IMG/VR virus record: IMGVR_UViG_3300025849_002481
Span: 1-64,000 of that record
Strand: one strand, 5' to 3'
Length of the DNA: 64,000 bases
Origin: a virus
Position 1 is the stretch's first letter. Every line of letters begins with the position of its first letter. Both the position numbers and the translations under genes were made by a program. Below the pieces are notes generated by a model. That model saw only the letters and a list, made by a program, of their open reading frames with translations. It was not told the origin of the DNA and did no database searches. Positions 1-10,846 of the stretch are shown here, in pieces.

Positions 1-1
1 C

Positions 2-2563
2 GGTAGTACATGGACTACTGGTGGTGCAATTGCAAATGCTAACTGGATTGACACAGCATTTGGTGGCGGAACAGGCGCAACAGCTAGAGCAATAGTTGGA
101 GGCCTTGGCGGAACAAAAGGTACACTTACAGCAGAGCTAGGAGAACTAAACAGTATCGGCTTGCCAGGACCAACACAGGTTAATAAAATTAATATTACTA
201 ATGGCGGACAAGGTTATACTTCACCACCAACAATTTCAATTACAGGCGGCGGCGGAAACGGCGCAACAGCAGTATGTACTGTATTAGACGGTGTAATAAC
301 AGAAATTATTGTAACTAGTACCGGAGCAGGTTATACTAGTGCTCCTACTGTTACAGTTGAAACTGATAAAGTAACTCAATTAATTGTTGATTCTTTTGGT
401 TCTGGATATTTAACAACACCAACAGTAACTATAACTGGCGGCGGTGCAAGTACACAAGCATCAGCAATAGCAACTATGAATAATAACGGTGTTGCTTCAT
501 TATCGTTTGCACTAGATGGCGACGATGATCCGATTACTGGCGCTGGTTATACAAGTAATCCAACAGTAACTATTACAGATGCTAATGCTAAACTTGTAGC
601 AATTGCCAACGGATCAACAGACAATGCTACGTTAGCAGCAACAGCGGCAGTAACGGATAATTGGTCTGCAGGTACAGCATTACCAAACAGTAACTTTACA
701 AGCGTAACTTACGGAAACGGTACTTATGTTGCTGTAGGCGGCGCAGGCGGATCAGGAAGTGCTGCAACATCAACAGATGGTGCATCATGGGTATCACGTA
801 CAACTCCAACACTTGGTGCAGGAACACTAACAAGCGTTGCATACGGAGCAGGAGTTTATGTTGCAATTAACGGCGGCGGCAACGAATCAATTACATCAGC
901 CAATGGTATTGTTTGGGCAGCAGGCGGCAACTTGCCAGCAACAACAGTATGGTCAAGTGTAGCTTACGGTAACGGACGTTTTGTTGCAGTAGCTAACGCA
1001 AGTGACGAAGTAGCAATTAGTAACGATAAAGGTGTTACTTGGGTTGCGGCACCAGCTGGATTACCAAGTAGTTCAAATTGGTCAACAGTAAAATACTCAC
1101 AGGGATTATTTGTTGCAGTAGCAGAAGGCGCAAATCATATAGCTATAAGTCAAGACGGATTAACATGGGAAAAACAAACTATTGATAGTCAGCCTTGGCA
1201 TGCAATAGCATTTGCAAGTATTGATAAAACACCAACTTGGATAGCATTAACAGATGATGCTACACCACACAGTGCGTTAATTAATACTGGTGCTAAAACA
1301 ATAGGTAGATTAACTGAAGCAGATGGTGCAATTAATCAAATAAGAATAATTGAACCAGGTTCAAACTATCCAAAAGGTAGTGTAACAAGTACTACAGCAG
1401 ATAATACAATTACAGTTGATTCAACAGTTAATATGATAGTCGGACAACAAATTAAATTTACTGGAGTTAGTACTTCTGGATTAGAAAATAATTCTTTATA
1501 TTACATTAACACAATACCAAATGGTACAACACTAACAGTAAGTTTAATTGCTAATAGTGGAACACCAGTAGTTATTGAAACAGCAACATTTACAGATGCT
1601 ACATTTAAGACAGGACCAATAGTAACAATTACAGATCCTAACTCAACAGTAGATGCACCAGTAGATGCAAGACAAGGCAATGGAGTATTGGCTAACCCAA
1701 GCTTCACTAACAGAGGAAGTGGTTATCAAACAGCTACTACTGAACTTAGTGGTGACGGCGCAGCTGACTTATTCCAAGCAAGTACATTTATTGCTGTTAA
1801 AGGATTGTTTGATTTACCAGAACCAGGATCAAACGTTGAATTTAGTGATCGAATTGGAACATTCTATAAGCTAGTTGCTATTAGTAATGTACTAGGAGAC
1901 AAAGGCGATTACAAAGCAACATTCCAATTAAGTCCTGGATTAACAACATTAGTTGCTCCGTTAGATGGCACAAAAATTACTATTACTAATAAGTATTCAC
2001 AAGTGCGACTAACAGGACACGACTTCTTGTATATTGGTACTGGTAACCAGGCTGATACTAACTATCCATTTGTGGATATTACAACAGCATTACAAGAAAG
2101 ACAACAATTAGCAAGTAACGGCGGTAGAGTGTTCTTTACAAGTACTGACCAAGATGGTAACTTTAACGTTGGCGGATTGTTTGGAGTACAGCAAAGTACT
2201 GGTACAGCGACATTGGATGCTGATGCATTTAACTTAGCTGGACTACAATCATTGCAACTTAACGGTATTGGACTTGGAATTGGTTCAGCTATTATTACAC
2301 AGTTTAGTACAGATCCATTCTTTACAGCTAACAGTGATAGTGTTGTTCCAACACAACGTGCAATTAAGAGTTACATTACAGCACAAATTGGTGGTGGTCA
2401 AAGTAGCTTGAACGTTAACACATTAACAGCTGGTACTGTGTTTATTGCTAATGATGAAATTACAACAACCAGTGGCGGACAGCTAAATATTACAGCAAAG
2501 ATGAACTTTACAGGCGGAATTGATGGTGCACCAGTAGCATTAGGATTCTTCTTAGCAAGATAA
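2..2563 (+). CDS. Large baseplate/tail structural protein, 5'-truncated (the frame is open from the window start)
   Basis: Frame 2 has no stop from nt 2 to 2563. GxGYTSxPTV repeats, propeller-like WxSVAYGNGxFVAV repeats and a C-terminal GGRVFFTSTDQDGNF motif, as seen in T4-like marine phage structural proteins. Confidence 0.75.
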   Translation, partial: GSTWTTGGAIANANWIDTAFGGGTGATARAIVGGLGGTKGTLTAELGELNSIGLPGPTQVNKINITNGGQGYTSPPTISITGGGGNGATAVCTVLDGVITEIIVTSTGAGYTSAPTVTVETDKVTQLIVDSFGSGYLTTPTVTITGGGASTQASAIATMNNNGVASLSFALDGDDDPITGAGYTSNPTVTITDANAKLVAIANGSTDNATLAATAAVTDNWSAGTALPNSNFTSVTYGNGTYVAVGGAGGSGSAATSTDGASWVSRTTPTLGAGTLTSVAYGAGVYVAINGGGNESITSANGIVWAAGGNLPATTVWSSVAYGNGRFVAVANASDEVAISNDKGVTWVAAPAGLPSSSNWSTVKYSQGLFVAVAEGANHIAISQDGLTWEKQTIDSQPWHAIAFASIDKTPTWIALTDDATPHSALINTGAKTIGRLTEADGAINQIRIIEPGSNYPKGSVTSTTADNTITVDSTVNMIVGQQIKFTGVSTSGLENNSLYYINTIPNGTTLTVSLIANSGTPVVIETATFTDATFKTGPIVTITDPNSTVDAPVDARQGNGVLANPSFTNRGSGYQTATTELSGDGAADLFQASTFIAVKGLFDLPEPGSNVEFSDRIGTFYKLVAISNVLGDKGDYKATFQLSPGLTTLVAPLDGTKITITNKYSQVRLTGHDFLYIGTGNQADTNYPFVDITTALQERQQLASNGGRVFFTSTDQDGNFNVGGLFGVQQSTGTATLDADAFNLAGLQSLQLNGIGLGIGSAIITQFSTDPFFTANSDSVVPTQRAIKSYITAQIGGGQSSLNVNTLTAGTVFIANDEITTTSGGQLNITAKMNFTGGIDGAPVALGFFLAR

Positions 2564-2578
2564 CAACGGAGAAAAGAA

Positions 2579-2899
2579 ATGGCAACAGGAAGACTAGGAA
2601 ACGTAGATATTCCAGCAACAACGAATACAACAGCATATACATGTCCGGTAGGATCGTATGCTATTGCAAATATATCACTAACTAACAGGAACCCAACATC
2701 AATTAATTTGCGTGTGGCAATGGCAACAACAGCTACACCAGCAGATTCTGAATGGATCGAGTACGATACAGTGCTTATTCCAAATGGCGTGTTTGAAAGA
2801 ACTGGCTTAGTGTTACAAGGTGGACTAAATATAGTAGTATACACAAACTTAGCAAATGTTGGTTGTACAGTCTACGGTATAGAAACATCGACAACATAA
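2579..2899 (+). CDS. Small virion structural protein
   Basis: SD GGAGA; beta-rich 106 aa lying between tail genes. Confidence 0.55.
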   Translation: MATGRLGNVDIPATTNTTAYTCPVGSYAIANISLTNRNPTSINLRVAMATTATPADSEWIEYDTVLIPNGVFERTGLVLQGGLNIVVYTNLANVGCTVYGIETSTT

Positions 2900-2923
2900 A
2901 GAGATTAAAGGGAAAAATTAGAT

Positions 2924-5131
2924 ATGGCACGTTATAATACAGCACCCCAGACATTAGTCGTTACCGGAGAGCAAACATTTACCTACGCATTTACCGGAGG
3001 CATTATATCCTTAACTGGTACTACAGGGTACACTGTTACAATGGTAAGCCCAGTGTTCTTCCCCGGTAGTAGACAAACTTTTTATAATGCTACTGACGGT
3101 ATGGTTACATTAGCAACAGCAGCAGGACAAATTACTGGTAACGGTGTAACACTTGGAACATCAGTAATGATTCCAACAAACTCAACATACCAATTAACAT
3201 CAGATGGTACAAACTACGTACTAACAAGTGCGTTAGCTGGTACTACAATATTTGAATTACCGTTAACTACAAAAGACGTATTAAATGCAGACGGTAAAGT
3301 AGAACTTAATCCGTTAGACGAAAACGTAGAAATTAGTCCAACTGGTTCAGGACTAGTTATTATGAGTCCTCAAAGTTCAGTAGCAATTCAACCAGGAGCA
3401 ACAGCAACTATTCGACCTACAGGCGACTTAGTATTAGCTTCAGCATCGGGTTCAGTATCATTAGGCGAAGCAGGAAAACCAACAGCATTTCCAGGAAACT
3501 TAGACTTTACAGCAGCTAACCAAACTATTAACATGTCACCAACAGGAGCAGCATCAGCTGTTACTATTGACCCAGGTGGTGATGTTACTATTGGTTCAGG
3601 CGGAACGCTAACTGTTAGTTCTGATGTACTAGGTGGATTAGACAACGTTGCAGTTGGTCTAATAACACCAGCAGCAGGAAGATTTACAGCATTTACTAGT
3701 ACAGGAACAGGTAACTTTACAGCAGGTGGAACATCAACTAGTACTACATCAGGTAGTATTGTTGTAACAGGTGGAGCAGGTATTAGCGGAGCGTTATATG
3801 CAGGGTCACTTGAAGGACCAATAGGTGGTGCGGCACCAGCTGCAAGCGCATTTACTACACTAACAGCAAGCGGTGTTACTACAATTACAAACACTACAGC
3901 AGCAACAAATGTTAATTCAGGAGCGTTACAAGTAGACGGTGGTGTTGGTATTAACGGAGCATTGTTTGCAGGAAGTATACAAAATACAGCAATTGGTACA
4001 TCGACTAGAGCAACAGCGAGCTTTACAACATTAAATGCAAACTCAACAGTTGATATTACAGGAACAACTGAAGCAACTAACGCAACTGGTGATACTGGTA
4101 TTTTAAGAGTAGAAGGCGGCGCAAGTATTGCTAAACGTGTTTACGCTGGAGGAGGCTTTCAAGGAGCAATTGGTAATGTATCAAGAGGCTCAGGACAATT
4201 TACATCACTAGATGCTAACAGTACAGTTACACTTAGCCCAGGTGCAAACGTAACAATTAGTCCAAGCGGATCTGGATCAGTTACAATGTCACCGGCAGGC
4301 GGCGGATCAATTAATAATATGAGTATTGGTGCTACTACAAGAAGTACTGCACAATTTACAACACTAGATGTAAGTAGTAACTTAGATGTTGCACGTTATA
4401 TTAGACACACTGGCGATACAAACACATATATTGATTTTGAAACCGATACGCTTTCGTTCTACACAGGTGGTAGTCGTGAAATGACAATTAACGGCTCAGG
4501 TGTTAGACTTGGTGATACAGGTAACGGATATTTCCGTCCAGTAAGTGGTAACTACGGTTCTATTGAAATTGACGGTGGCGCACATGGTGGCTGGGAAGGT
4601 TACTCAGTTGGCGGACGTTTTGTAATGATGCACGATAATTCAAGTACAATGGGTCTTTACAATGATGTAGATAACCACTGGATTTTAGAACACATTCGTA
4701 ACGGCGAAACAAGACTATATTATGATGCTGGCGAAAAGATGAACACTTTTAGTAGTGGTATAGAAATTAACGGACAAGTAAGAGCTACTAACCAAGTTAT
4801 TGCTTACTACTCAGATGAACGCTTAAAGGACTTTGAAGGTAATATTGAAAGTGCATTAGATAAAGTAATGCAATTAAATGGTTACTACTATACAGGTAAC
4901 GAAAGAGCCAAAGAGCTAGGCTTTGAAGGCGATCATAGACAAGTTGGTGTTAGCGCACAAGAAGTAATGTCAGTTATGCCTGAAGTAGTTCAAGATGCAC
5001 CGATAAATAGTAAGTCAGAAGAAGAAAACTTAGATTATAAAACAGTACAATATGAACGACTTGTTCCTTTACTTATTGAAGCAATCAAAGAGTTGAAACA
5101 AGAAATAAATAGTTTAAAGGGAGATAATTAA
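2924..5131 (+). CDS. Tail fibre with C-terminal intramolecular chaperone (peptidase S74-like)
   Basis: G/T/S-rich repeats (GALxVxGGxGI), YYSDERLK autocleavage motif, terminal LVPLLIEAIKEL coiled coil. Confidence 0.85.
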   Translation: MARYNTAPQTLVVTGEQTFTYAFTGGIISLTGTTGYTVTMVSPVFFPGSRQTFYNATDGMVTLATAAGQITGNGVTLGTSVMIPTNSTYQLTSDGTNYVLTSALAGTTIFELPLTTKDVLNADGKVELNPLDENVEISPTGSGLVIMSPQSSVAIQPGATATIRPTGDLVLASASGSVSLGEAGKPTAFPGNLDFTAANQTINMSPTGAASAVTIDPGGDVTIGSGGTLTVSSDVLGGLDNVAVGLITPAAGRFTAFTSTGTGNFTAGGTSTSTTSGSIVVTGGAGISGALYAGSLEGPIGGAAPAASAFTTLTASGVTTITNTTAATNVNSGALQVDGGVGINGALFAGSIQNTAIGTSTRATASFTTLNANSTVDITGTTEATNATGDTGILRVEGGASIAKRVYAGGGFQGAIGNVSRGSGQFTSLDANSTVTLSPGANVTISPSGSGSVTMSPAGGGSINNMSIGATTRSTAQFTTLDVSSNLDVARYIRHTGDTNTYIDFETDTLSFYTGGSREMTINGSGVRLGDTGNGYFRPVSGNYGSIEIDGGAHGGWEGYSVGGRFVMMHDNSSTMGLYNDVDNHWILEHIRNGETRLYYDAGEKMNTFSSGIEINGQVRATNQVIAYYSDERLKDFEGNIESALDKVMQLNGYYYTGNERAKELGFEGDHRQVGVSAQEVMSVMPEVVQDAPINSKSEEENLDYKTVQYERLVPLLIEAIKELKQEINSLKGDN

Positions 5132-5133
5132 AA

Positions 5134-5964
5134 ATGGCAACCGAAATTAATAACTCAGGAGTCAAATTTCCGAACAACACAACAGCGGAAACACTTCAAC
5201 AGTATAACGAGATTTGGGTATACAGCGGTAGTCACTGGAGTGTAACAAACGGCGGACGTTGTTGCTACTGGACTATCCCAACTTATACTACTTCTGTTAA
5301 ATTTGAAATAGTATCCGGGGGAGGACCAGGCGGTGCTTCAGGCGGAGACTACGATGTTGGTGTAGGCGGCTCAGGCGGAAACTATACATCAAAAGTAATG
5401 AGAAAATCAGCAGGTTGTTTTAACAACGGATGCGGATATAGAATGTGTGCAGCTGGTACATCAAGTTGTAGTTGTTGTTGCAGATGCGGAGTTAACTGTA
5501 GACATGGATGTAAATCATATGTCCAAGGACGAGGATTAAGCAACTTCTGTGCGCAAGGCGGCATGGGCGGATCAACACCATATGATGTTATGAGTGGTTG
5601 TTATAACTGTTTTATCGGTAATACACAATGTAACAAAGGTCAATACAACGCAGGTTGGATGAACTGTTATTGTAACTCAGCTACATTCGGCGGAGATGTT
5701 GAATTTAGAGGCACGTCAGGATCAATGAAGAAAAGTGTTAGCTGTTGTCAACATACATACACTACTCCGGGTGTTCCTACAGGCCCACTTGGCGGCGGCC
5801 ATTATGGCTCAAGTGGTAAAGATCCGTGCGTAGGTAACATGGCATGTTGTAATACACATTCAAATTGGCCAGGCGGCGGCGGACAAGGCCACGTAACAGC
5901 ATCACGTAATGCTTGTTGGGGAAGCTGGGGCGCAGGCGGATTAGTTAAGTTAACATACACCTAA
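5134..5964 (+). CDS. Gly/Cys-rich tail-fibre-associated protein
   Basis: WTIP..V.FEI..GGG.GG...GAGG.V..TY glycine-rich domain; 24 Cys in 276 aa. Confidence 0.6.
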   Translation: MATEINNSGVKFPNNTTAETLQQYNEIWVYSGSHWSVTNGGRCCYWTIPTYTTSVKFEIVSGGGPGGASGGDYDVGVGGSGGNYTSKVMRKSAGCFNNGCGYRMCAAGTSSCSCCCRCGVNCRHGCKSYVQGRGLSNFCAQGGMGGSTPYDVMSGCYNCFIGNTQCNKGQYNAGWMNCYCNSATFGGDVEFRGTSGSMKKSVSCCQHTYTTPGVPTGPLGGGHYGSSGKDPCVGNMACCNTHSNWPGGGGQGHVTASRNACWGSWGAGGLVKLTYT

Positions 5965-5981
5965 GAAAAGAGAGAGATATT

Positions 5982-6698
5982 ATGACAACACCAAGAATAC
6001 TTACATATCCGATACCAGATGAATTATATTCTGCTACTAGGACAATGGGTAAAACAAGTACACAAACTTATATTGGACCTGATAGTTTATTCCTCTATCT
6101 TAATGAAGACGGCAGAATTATAAACTCATTTGCACCAGATGAGTTGCCACCCCCTGAAAGTGTAGCTGTAGACGAAACAGTAGTTGAATTTGTCCCAGAG
6201 ACTGATGAAGATTATATTAAAATTATGATTTTGTATAGTCACTGGTTACCAAAAGAATACGAATGTTCAGTTGGTCCAGATGATGACCCTAATATTGTTG
6301 TTAGTGATCCAACTGATATTATTATGGTTTTTGACGAAGTATCAATTGTAGAGGATTATACTGCACCTCTTGAATTTTTAGTTTATACTAGACATAAAGT
6401 TAGAGACGATGCCTGGCTAAGACGTGTTAGAGATGGCATGCTATTAGAAAGTGACGGTCGTTTATCTTCTGATATGCCAGCTGCATTAAGAACTCAATGG
6501 GAAACATATAGACAAAAACTTCGTGATATTCCAGAAACTTATGCAGACGTACCTAATTGGTTAATTAGATTTCCTTTGTCACCAGATGAGCAAATAGATC
6601 GAGACTTTAACGATGACGATGTAGATATAATAATGATCGCAGATAGAACAGCTGAAGATCAAGCAGCTATTGATCAATTACCAAATGGATTAAGTTAA
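5982..6698 (+). CDS. Tail fibre assembly chaperone-like protein
   Basis: LRRVRDGMLLESD...WETYRQKLRDIP motif; follows fibre genes. Confidence 0.7.
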   Translation: MTTPRILTYPIPDELYSATRTMGKTSTQTYIGPDSLFLYLNEDGRIINSFAPDELPPPESVAVDETVVEFVPETDEDYIKIMILYSHWLPKEYECSVGPDDDPNIVVSDPTDIIMVFDEVSIVEDYTAPLEFLVYTRHKVRDDAWLRRVRDGMLLESDGRLSSDMPAALRTQWETYRQKLRDIPETYADVPNWLIRFPLSPDEQIDRDFNDDDVDIIMIADRTAEDQAAIDQLPNGLS

Positions 6699-6720
6699 CC
6701 AAAAAATTAACAGAAAAATT

Positions 6721-6749
6721 AAAAAGGGCTTGGCAACAAGCCTTTTTTT
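6721..6749 (+). terminator. Rho-independent terminator
   Basis: GGCTTG-GCAA-CAAGCC followed by T7 and preceded by an A-tract. Confidence 0.85.
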
Positions 6750-6794
6750 ACGACTTGATACAAGCCAGTTAATGCCTCATCAAAAAAACTTCAT

Positions 6795-6802
6795 TATAAA
6801 TA
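6795..6802 (+). promoter_or_regulatory. T4-type late promoter
   Basis: TATAAATA upstream of the GT9-carbamoyltransferase-oxygenase operon. Confidence 0.65.
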
Positions 6803-6833
6803 TTATAAATTAGCAAAGAGGATTTATATTTTA

Positions 6834-7754
6834 ATGAAAAAAGCATTTTATATTAATGGCGGCGCCGGCAGGGTATTATGTGCTATCCCTGCATTAGAAC
6901 ATCATATTAAACATATCGATCCAACTGTAATAATTATTGTAGAAGGTTGGCTAGAAATATGTTTATTAAACAAAGCAATAATGCATAATGTATATCCACA
7001 TGATCATCCAGATTTAATAGAAAAATTAAGAGATAGAGAAGTTATTAGCCCTGAACCTTATAGACTAAATGCATACTTTAATCAAAAATGTAACCTTGTT
7101 CAAGCATTTGATATGTTGATTAATTATGATGTTCCACCAACAGATATTCCAGAAGTTAAAGAATATAATATGTTTATTAGTAAGGCTGATGCAATAGTAG
7201 CACAAAATTTAATTAGTGAAGTAAAAGCACATACAAAGAAAGAAAAATTTGTAGTATTCCAACCTTTCGGCTCAACAGCAAAGGCAGAAGGTCAATATAT
7301 AATAGATGAAAGTGGAAGATCATTTGAAACTGAAGATATTTTTCAAATAGTTGAAGAACTAAACAAAGACTATGGTGTTATTATTATGGGAGAAATTAAA
7401 ATTCCTAATTTGCCAAAAGGAGTTATTGTTCCAGAAGAAATATCATTATTACAGTGGACAGCAATTATACATGCATCAGATTATTTTATAGGTTGTGATA
7501 GTGTAGGTCAACATATTGCACACGCACTTGAAAAGCCCGGCACTGTTGTAATTGGTAGCACCTATCCAGAAAATACATCTTACACTAGCAATTCTACAAT
7601 AGAAATTATCGATAATGGCAAAGATAGGAAAATGTATTCTCCGATTCGAATGACATACGATATTAGAATTGAAAAAAATAACGAGTACCTAATGAAACTT
7701 GATGAAAATACCATTAAAGGTATTGTAAAAACTGTTAAGAAAAAATTATCTTAA
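6834..7754 (+). CDS. GT9 (heptosyltransferase)-like glycosyltransferase
   Basis: FQPFGS and FIGCDSVGQHIAHALEKPGTVVIGST match the GT9 C-terminal DSG..H.A.A...P pattern. Confidence 0.65.
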   Translation: MKKAFYINGGAGRVLCAIPALEHHIKHIDPTVIIIVEGWLEICLLNKAIMHNVYPHDHPDLIEKLRDREVISPEPYRLNAYFNQKCNLVQAFDMLINYDVPPTDIPEVKEYNMFISKADAIVAQNLISEVKAHTKKEKFVVFQPFGSTAKAEGQYIIDESGRSFETEDIFQIVEELNKDYGVIIMGEIKIPNLPKGVIVPEEISLLQWTAIIHASDYFIGCDSVGQHIAHALEKPGTVVIGSTYPENTSYTSNSTIEIIDNGKDRKMYSPIRMTYDIRIEKNNEYLMKLDENTIKGIVKTVKKKLS

Positions 7755-7763
7755 GGATTATAT

Positions 7764-9584
7764 ATGTCAAAAAAAACAGGATACATAGCAGGAATTGCAA
7801 GAGGTCATAATGCTGGAGTTTGTCTTCTCAAAGACGGTGAAATTGTTTTTAGTATTGAAGAAGAAAGACTTACTAGAGCAAAGTATGACGGGACACCATT
7901 TGCAAGTATAATTAAAATATTAGACTACACTGATAAAATAGATTATTTGGTTATATCTCATACACATGCAGACGAGAATGTTACAGACTATACAGCAGAA
8001 GATCCTTACACTTCTTTAGCTAGGAAAATAGGATTAATAGAAGGAGGACACCCTTCTAAAAATCATCCACAAGTAGTTGAGTATTGGGAGCAACATCACA
8101 GAAGTCATGCAGCTTGTTCATTTTATAGGAGCGGTTTTGAAACAGCAAATATTATAATTGTTGACGGAGCAGGTACATATGCCACACGGCACGATGGTCA
8201 AACAATGTGGGAAGTTGAAAGCATATATCACGCATCTTATCCAAATAACTTTAACGAAGTATATAAACACTTTGGAGGTAATGGACCTTGGCCAACTGAA
8301 CATTATAACGAAGGCGTCGAAGTTTTAGTTGACGACAAAGCTGGCATAGTTAAAGCATATGAAGCTGTAACGCAATTTTGTGGATGGCATTCAATCGAGG
8401 CTGGCAAAACTATGGGATTATTTCCGTATGGATCTCCTAACCAAGCACCAAAAATATATGACGAAGTTAGTGCAAATAGAAATGTTATAATGCCTACATA
8501 TCCAAATGGAGCAAAAGTTAATGATGCATTATACCCTGAACTACTTGACAGAGTACAAGATCCTAAAGAACTTTGGTCAAATTTAAATGAAGATAGCAGT
8601 GAAGAAGAAATAAACAAAGTTGAACAATTACTTGCATCTGAAGATTTAACGCTATTAAATTCAAGAAGAAATATGGCATACAATGTACAAACAGAATCTC
8701 AACAACTAGTACTTGATTTAATTTTAAAGTCAATTGAAAAGACTGGAAATAAAAACATTGTAGTAAGCGGCGGATATGGATTAAATTGTGTAGCAAACTA
8801 CTTTTACTTAAAGCACTTACCAGCAGATGTTAAATTATATGTTGAACCAATTTCAACTGATGCAGGCACAGCAATAGGATCTGCATTATATCATTATCAT
8901 AAAATTACACAAGATAATAAAGTTAGACCTAAAAATGAAAACCTATATCTTGGACCTATTCAGAACATCACTAAAGATGAAATTATAGAATGTGCAAATA
9001 GATATAATGGTATTGTAGAACATAATGTTGATTATAAGAGTGTTATTAACACTATACGTGAAAAAAATATTGTAGCATTATATCAAGAACGTTGTGAAAA
9101 CGGTCCTAGAGCATTAGGTAATAGAAGTTTAATGTTTGATGCTACTGTACCTGATGGTAAAGACTTTGTTAATTTAATTAAAAAACGAGAATATTTTAGA
9201 CCGTTTGCTGCATCAGTATTACAAGAAGATGTACATGATTGGTTTGATCTAAGAGGTATGGAAGACTCTCCTAGTATGATGTATGCTGTAAACTGTCAAC
9301 CAGGAGTTCAAGAAAAGATACCTGCAGTTATTCATGTTGACGGTACTTGTAGAATACAAACTGTTACTAAAGAACAGAATGAACATTGGTATAATTTAAT
9401 TAACGAATTTAAATCACAAACCGGAGTACCTGCATTATTTAATACCAGTTTTAATTTAGGAGGCGAACCGTTAGTTGAAACTATTGATGATGCAATGCGT
9501 ACACTATACAACTCAGGAATTAATTATATATATTTTCCTACAACACAAACATTAGTAAAGATAGAACATAATGCTAGAGCCTAA
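7764..9584 (+). CDS. Carbamoyltransferase (CmcH/NodU/TobZ family)
   Basis: HHRSHA, DGAG, GKTMGL, SGGYGLNC, GPRALGNRS, RPFA, HVDGTCRIQTV, NTSFN motifs. Confidence 0.92.
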   Translation: MSKKTGYIAGIARGHNAGVCLLKDGEIVFSIEEERLTRAKYDGTPFASIIKILDYTDKIDYLVISHTHADENVTDYTAEDPYTSLARKIGLIEGGHPSKNHPQVVEYWEQHHRSHAACSFYRSGFETANIIIVDGAGTYATRHDGQTMWEVESIYHASYPNNFNEVYKHFGGNGPWPTEHYNEGVEVLVDDKAGIVKAYEAVTQFCGWHSIEAGKTMGLFPYGSPNQAPKIYDEVSANRNVIMPTYPNGAKVNDALYPELLDRVQDPKELWSNLNEDSSEEEINKVEQLLASEDLTLLNSRRNMAYNVQTESQQLVLDLILKSIEKTGNKNIVVSGGYGLNCVANYFYLKHLPADVKLYVEPISTDAGTAIGSALYHYHKITQDNKVRPKNENLYLGPIQNITKDEIIECANRYNGIVEHNVDYKSVINTIREKNIVALYQERCENGPRALGNRSLMFDATVPDGKDFVNLIKKREYFRPFAASVLQEDVHDWFDLRGMEDSPSMMYAVNCQPGVQEKIPAVIHVDGTCRIQTVTKEQNEHWYNLINEFKSQTGVPALFNTSFNLGGEPLVETIDDAMRTLYNSGINYIYFPTTQTLVKIEHNARA

Positions 9585-10203
9585 ATTAGAAGGGCAAATA
9601 TTACCTTTATTTGCTACACCTTTATACACACATAAACTAGAACACACCGAATTAGAACATGCACAATACGATGTTCGAACTGTGGTTAAAAAATTATATG
9701 ACGAAGATAGATGGGGACAGAATCAACGATGGAGTTCAGGAACACATCAATTATCTAATAAAGGAAATTTTGAAGATTGCATAATAACTTCAGAAAAAAT
9801 GTCAAACATCAAACGTTCTATTATGCACCATGCTGGTAATTATATGTCACATATGAATGTTAGACCTGATTATAAAAGTGCAATTTCGTCGTCTTGGTTA
9901 ACATTAACTAATACCGGTCTACATGCACACATACACGATCACGGAACTTCTCATATTAGTGGAGTATATTGGTATAAAACAAACGGAAATGACGGCAATA
10001 TAGTTTTTCGAAATGCGTTAAAAGCATTAAAATGTAATCCAATTGGAGCATCATTTGCACATGAAAATGAATTTGTTCCTGAAGAAGGAAGAATAGTTAT
10101 GTGGCCTAGTTTCTTAGATCATTCTGTTAATGAAAACAAAACTGATAATGACCGTATTAGTTTATCGTTTAATATAATATTAGAAACAGGTATTACTACT
10201 TAG
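9571..10203 (+). CDS. 2OG-Fe(II) oxygenase (TIGR02466-like)
   Basis: HIHDH, ISGVYW, WPSFLDHSV, RISLSFN. Confidence 0.85.
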   Translation: MLEPKLEGQILPLFATPLYTHKLEHTELEHAQYDVRTVVKKLYDEDRWGQNQRWSSGTHQLSNKGNFEDCIITSEKMSNIKRSIMHHAGNYMSHMNVRPDYKSAISSSWLTLTNTGLHAHIHDHGTSHISGVYWYKTNGNDGNIVFRNALKALKCNPIGASFAHENEFVPEEGRIVMWPSFLDHSVNENKTDNDRISLSFNIILETGITT

Positions 10204-10846
10204 ATTCGATCCAATTAGCAAAAGATAAAAGATCATCAAATATAATAGTCTTTTTCTTTATCTTTTGATTAGTAAATTTATTAAGTTCTTTAATAGTTTG
10301 TTCGCCGTAACCTGTGCGCACTAGTACAGGTCTTGCACCCATTTTAAATGCTGCTTTAAGATCAGATATTTTATCACCAACATAATATCCTTGTTTAAAT
10401 TTAATATGCTTAACTTCGTTCTCACATCTTTTAAACATACCAGTATTGGGCTTTGCATACATGTCGCTACGCATACTACTTTCACTATAAAATAATGCAT
10501 CAATACTAGGACATCCTGATTGAGCTAACAAATCAAACATATGGTTGTGTACAGCTTCGACATCTTGTGAAGTATATAAACCTTTTGAAATACCACCTTG
10601 ATTTGTAATTATAACAATCTTATGTCCTAAATAACGGAGTTTTGTAATAGCATGTAGACTACCTTCAATAGGTTCAAAGTCTTGTGGACGGTATGTATAA
10701 GTTCCGCGATCTACATTTATTACTCCGTCCCGATCTAAACCAATAACACATTTTGGTGCAATGTTAACATTGTCATACAACGGAACTGTTTTTGTTTCTT
10801 CTACAGGCTCGTGGCTATCAGTCCATTTAATTTTATAATCACTCAT
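10196..10846 (-). CDS. gmhB: D-glycero-D-manno-heptose-1,7-bisphosphate phosphatase
   Basis: HAD motifs LDRDGVIN, ITNQGGI, KPNTGM, VGDKISD. Start moved to the ATG at 10846, which overlaps the upstream stop. Confidence 0.85.
   Translation of the reverse strand: MSDYKIKWTDSHEPVEETKTVPLYDNVNIAPKCVIGLDRDGVINVDRGTYTYRPQDFEPIEGSLHAITKLRYLGHKIVIITNQGGISKGLYTSQDVEAVHNHMFDLLAQSGCPSIDALFYSESSMRSDMYAKPNTGMFKRCENEVKHIKFKQGYYVGDKISDLKAAFKMGARPVLVRTGYGEQTIKELNKFTNQKIKKKTIIFDDLLSFANWIESK

Noticed and set aside
3388-3894. Long antisense ORFs (also 2398-2844, 60888-61319, 62617-63267 and others)
   Set aside because: Shadow frames of codon-biased genes on the opposite strand; no RBS, promoter or recognisable motifs.
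2924-6698. Diversity-generating retroelement or invertible fibre cassette
   Set aside because: No reverse transcriptase, recombinase or near-identical template/variable repeat pair seen in the window.
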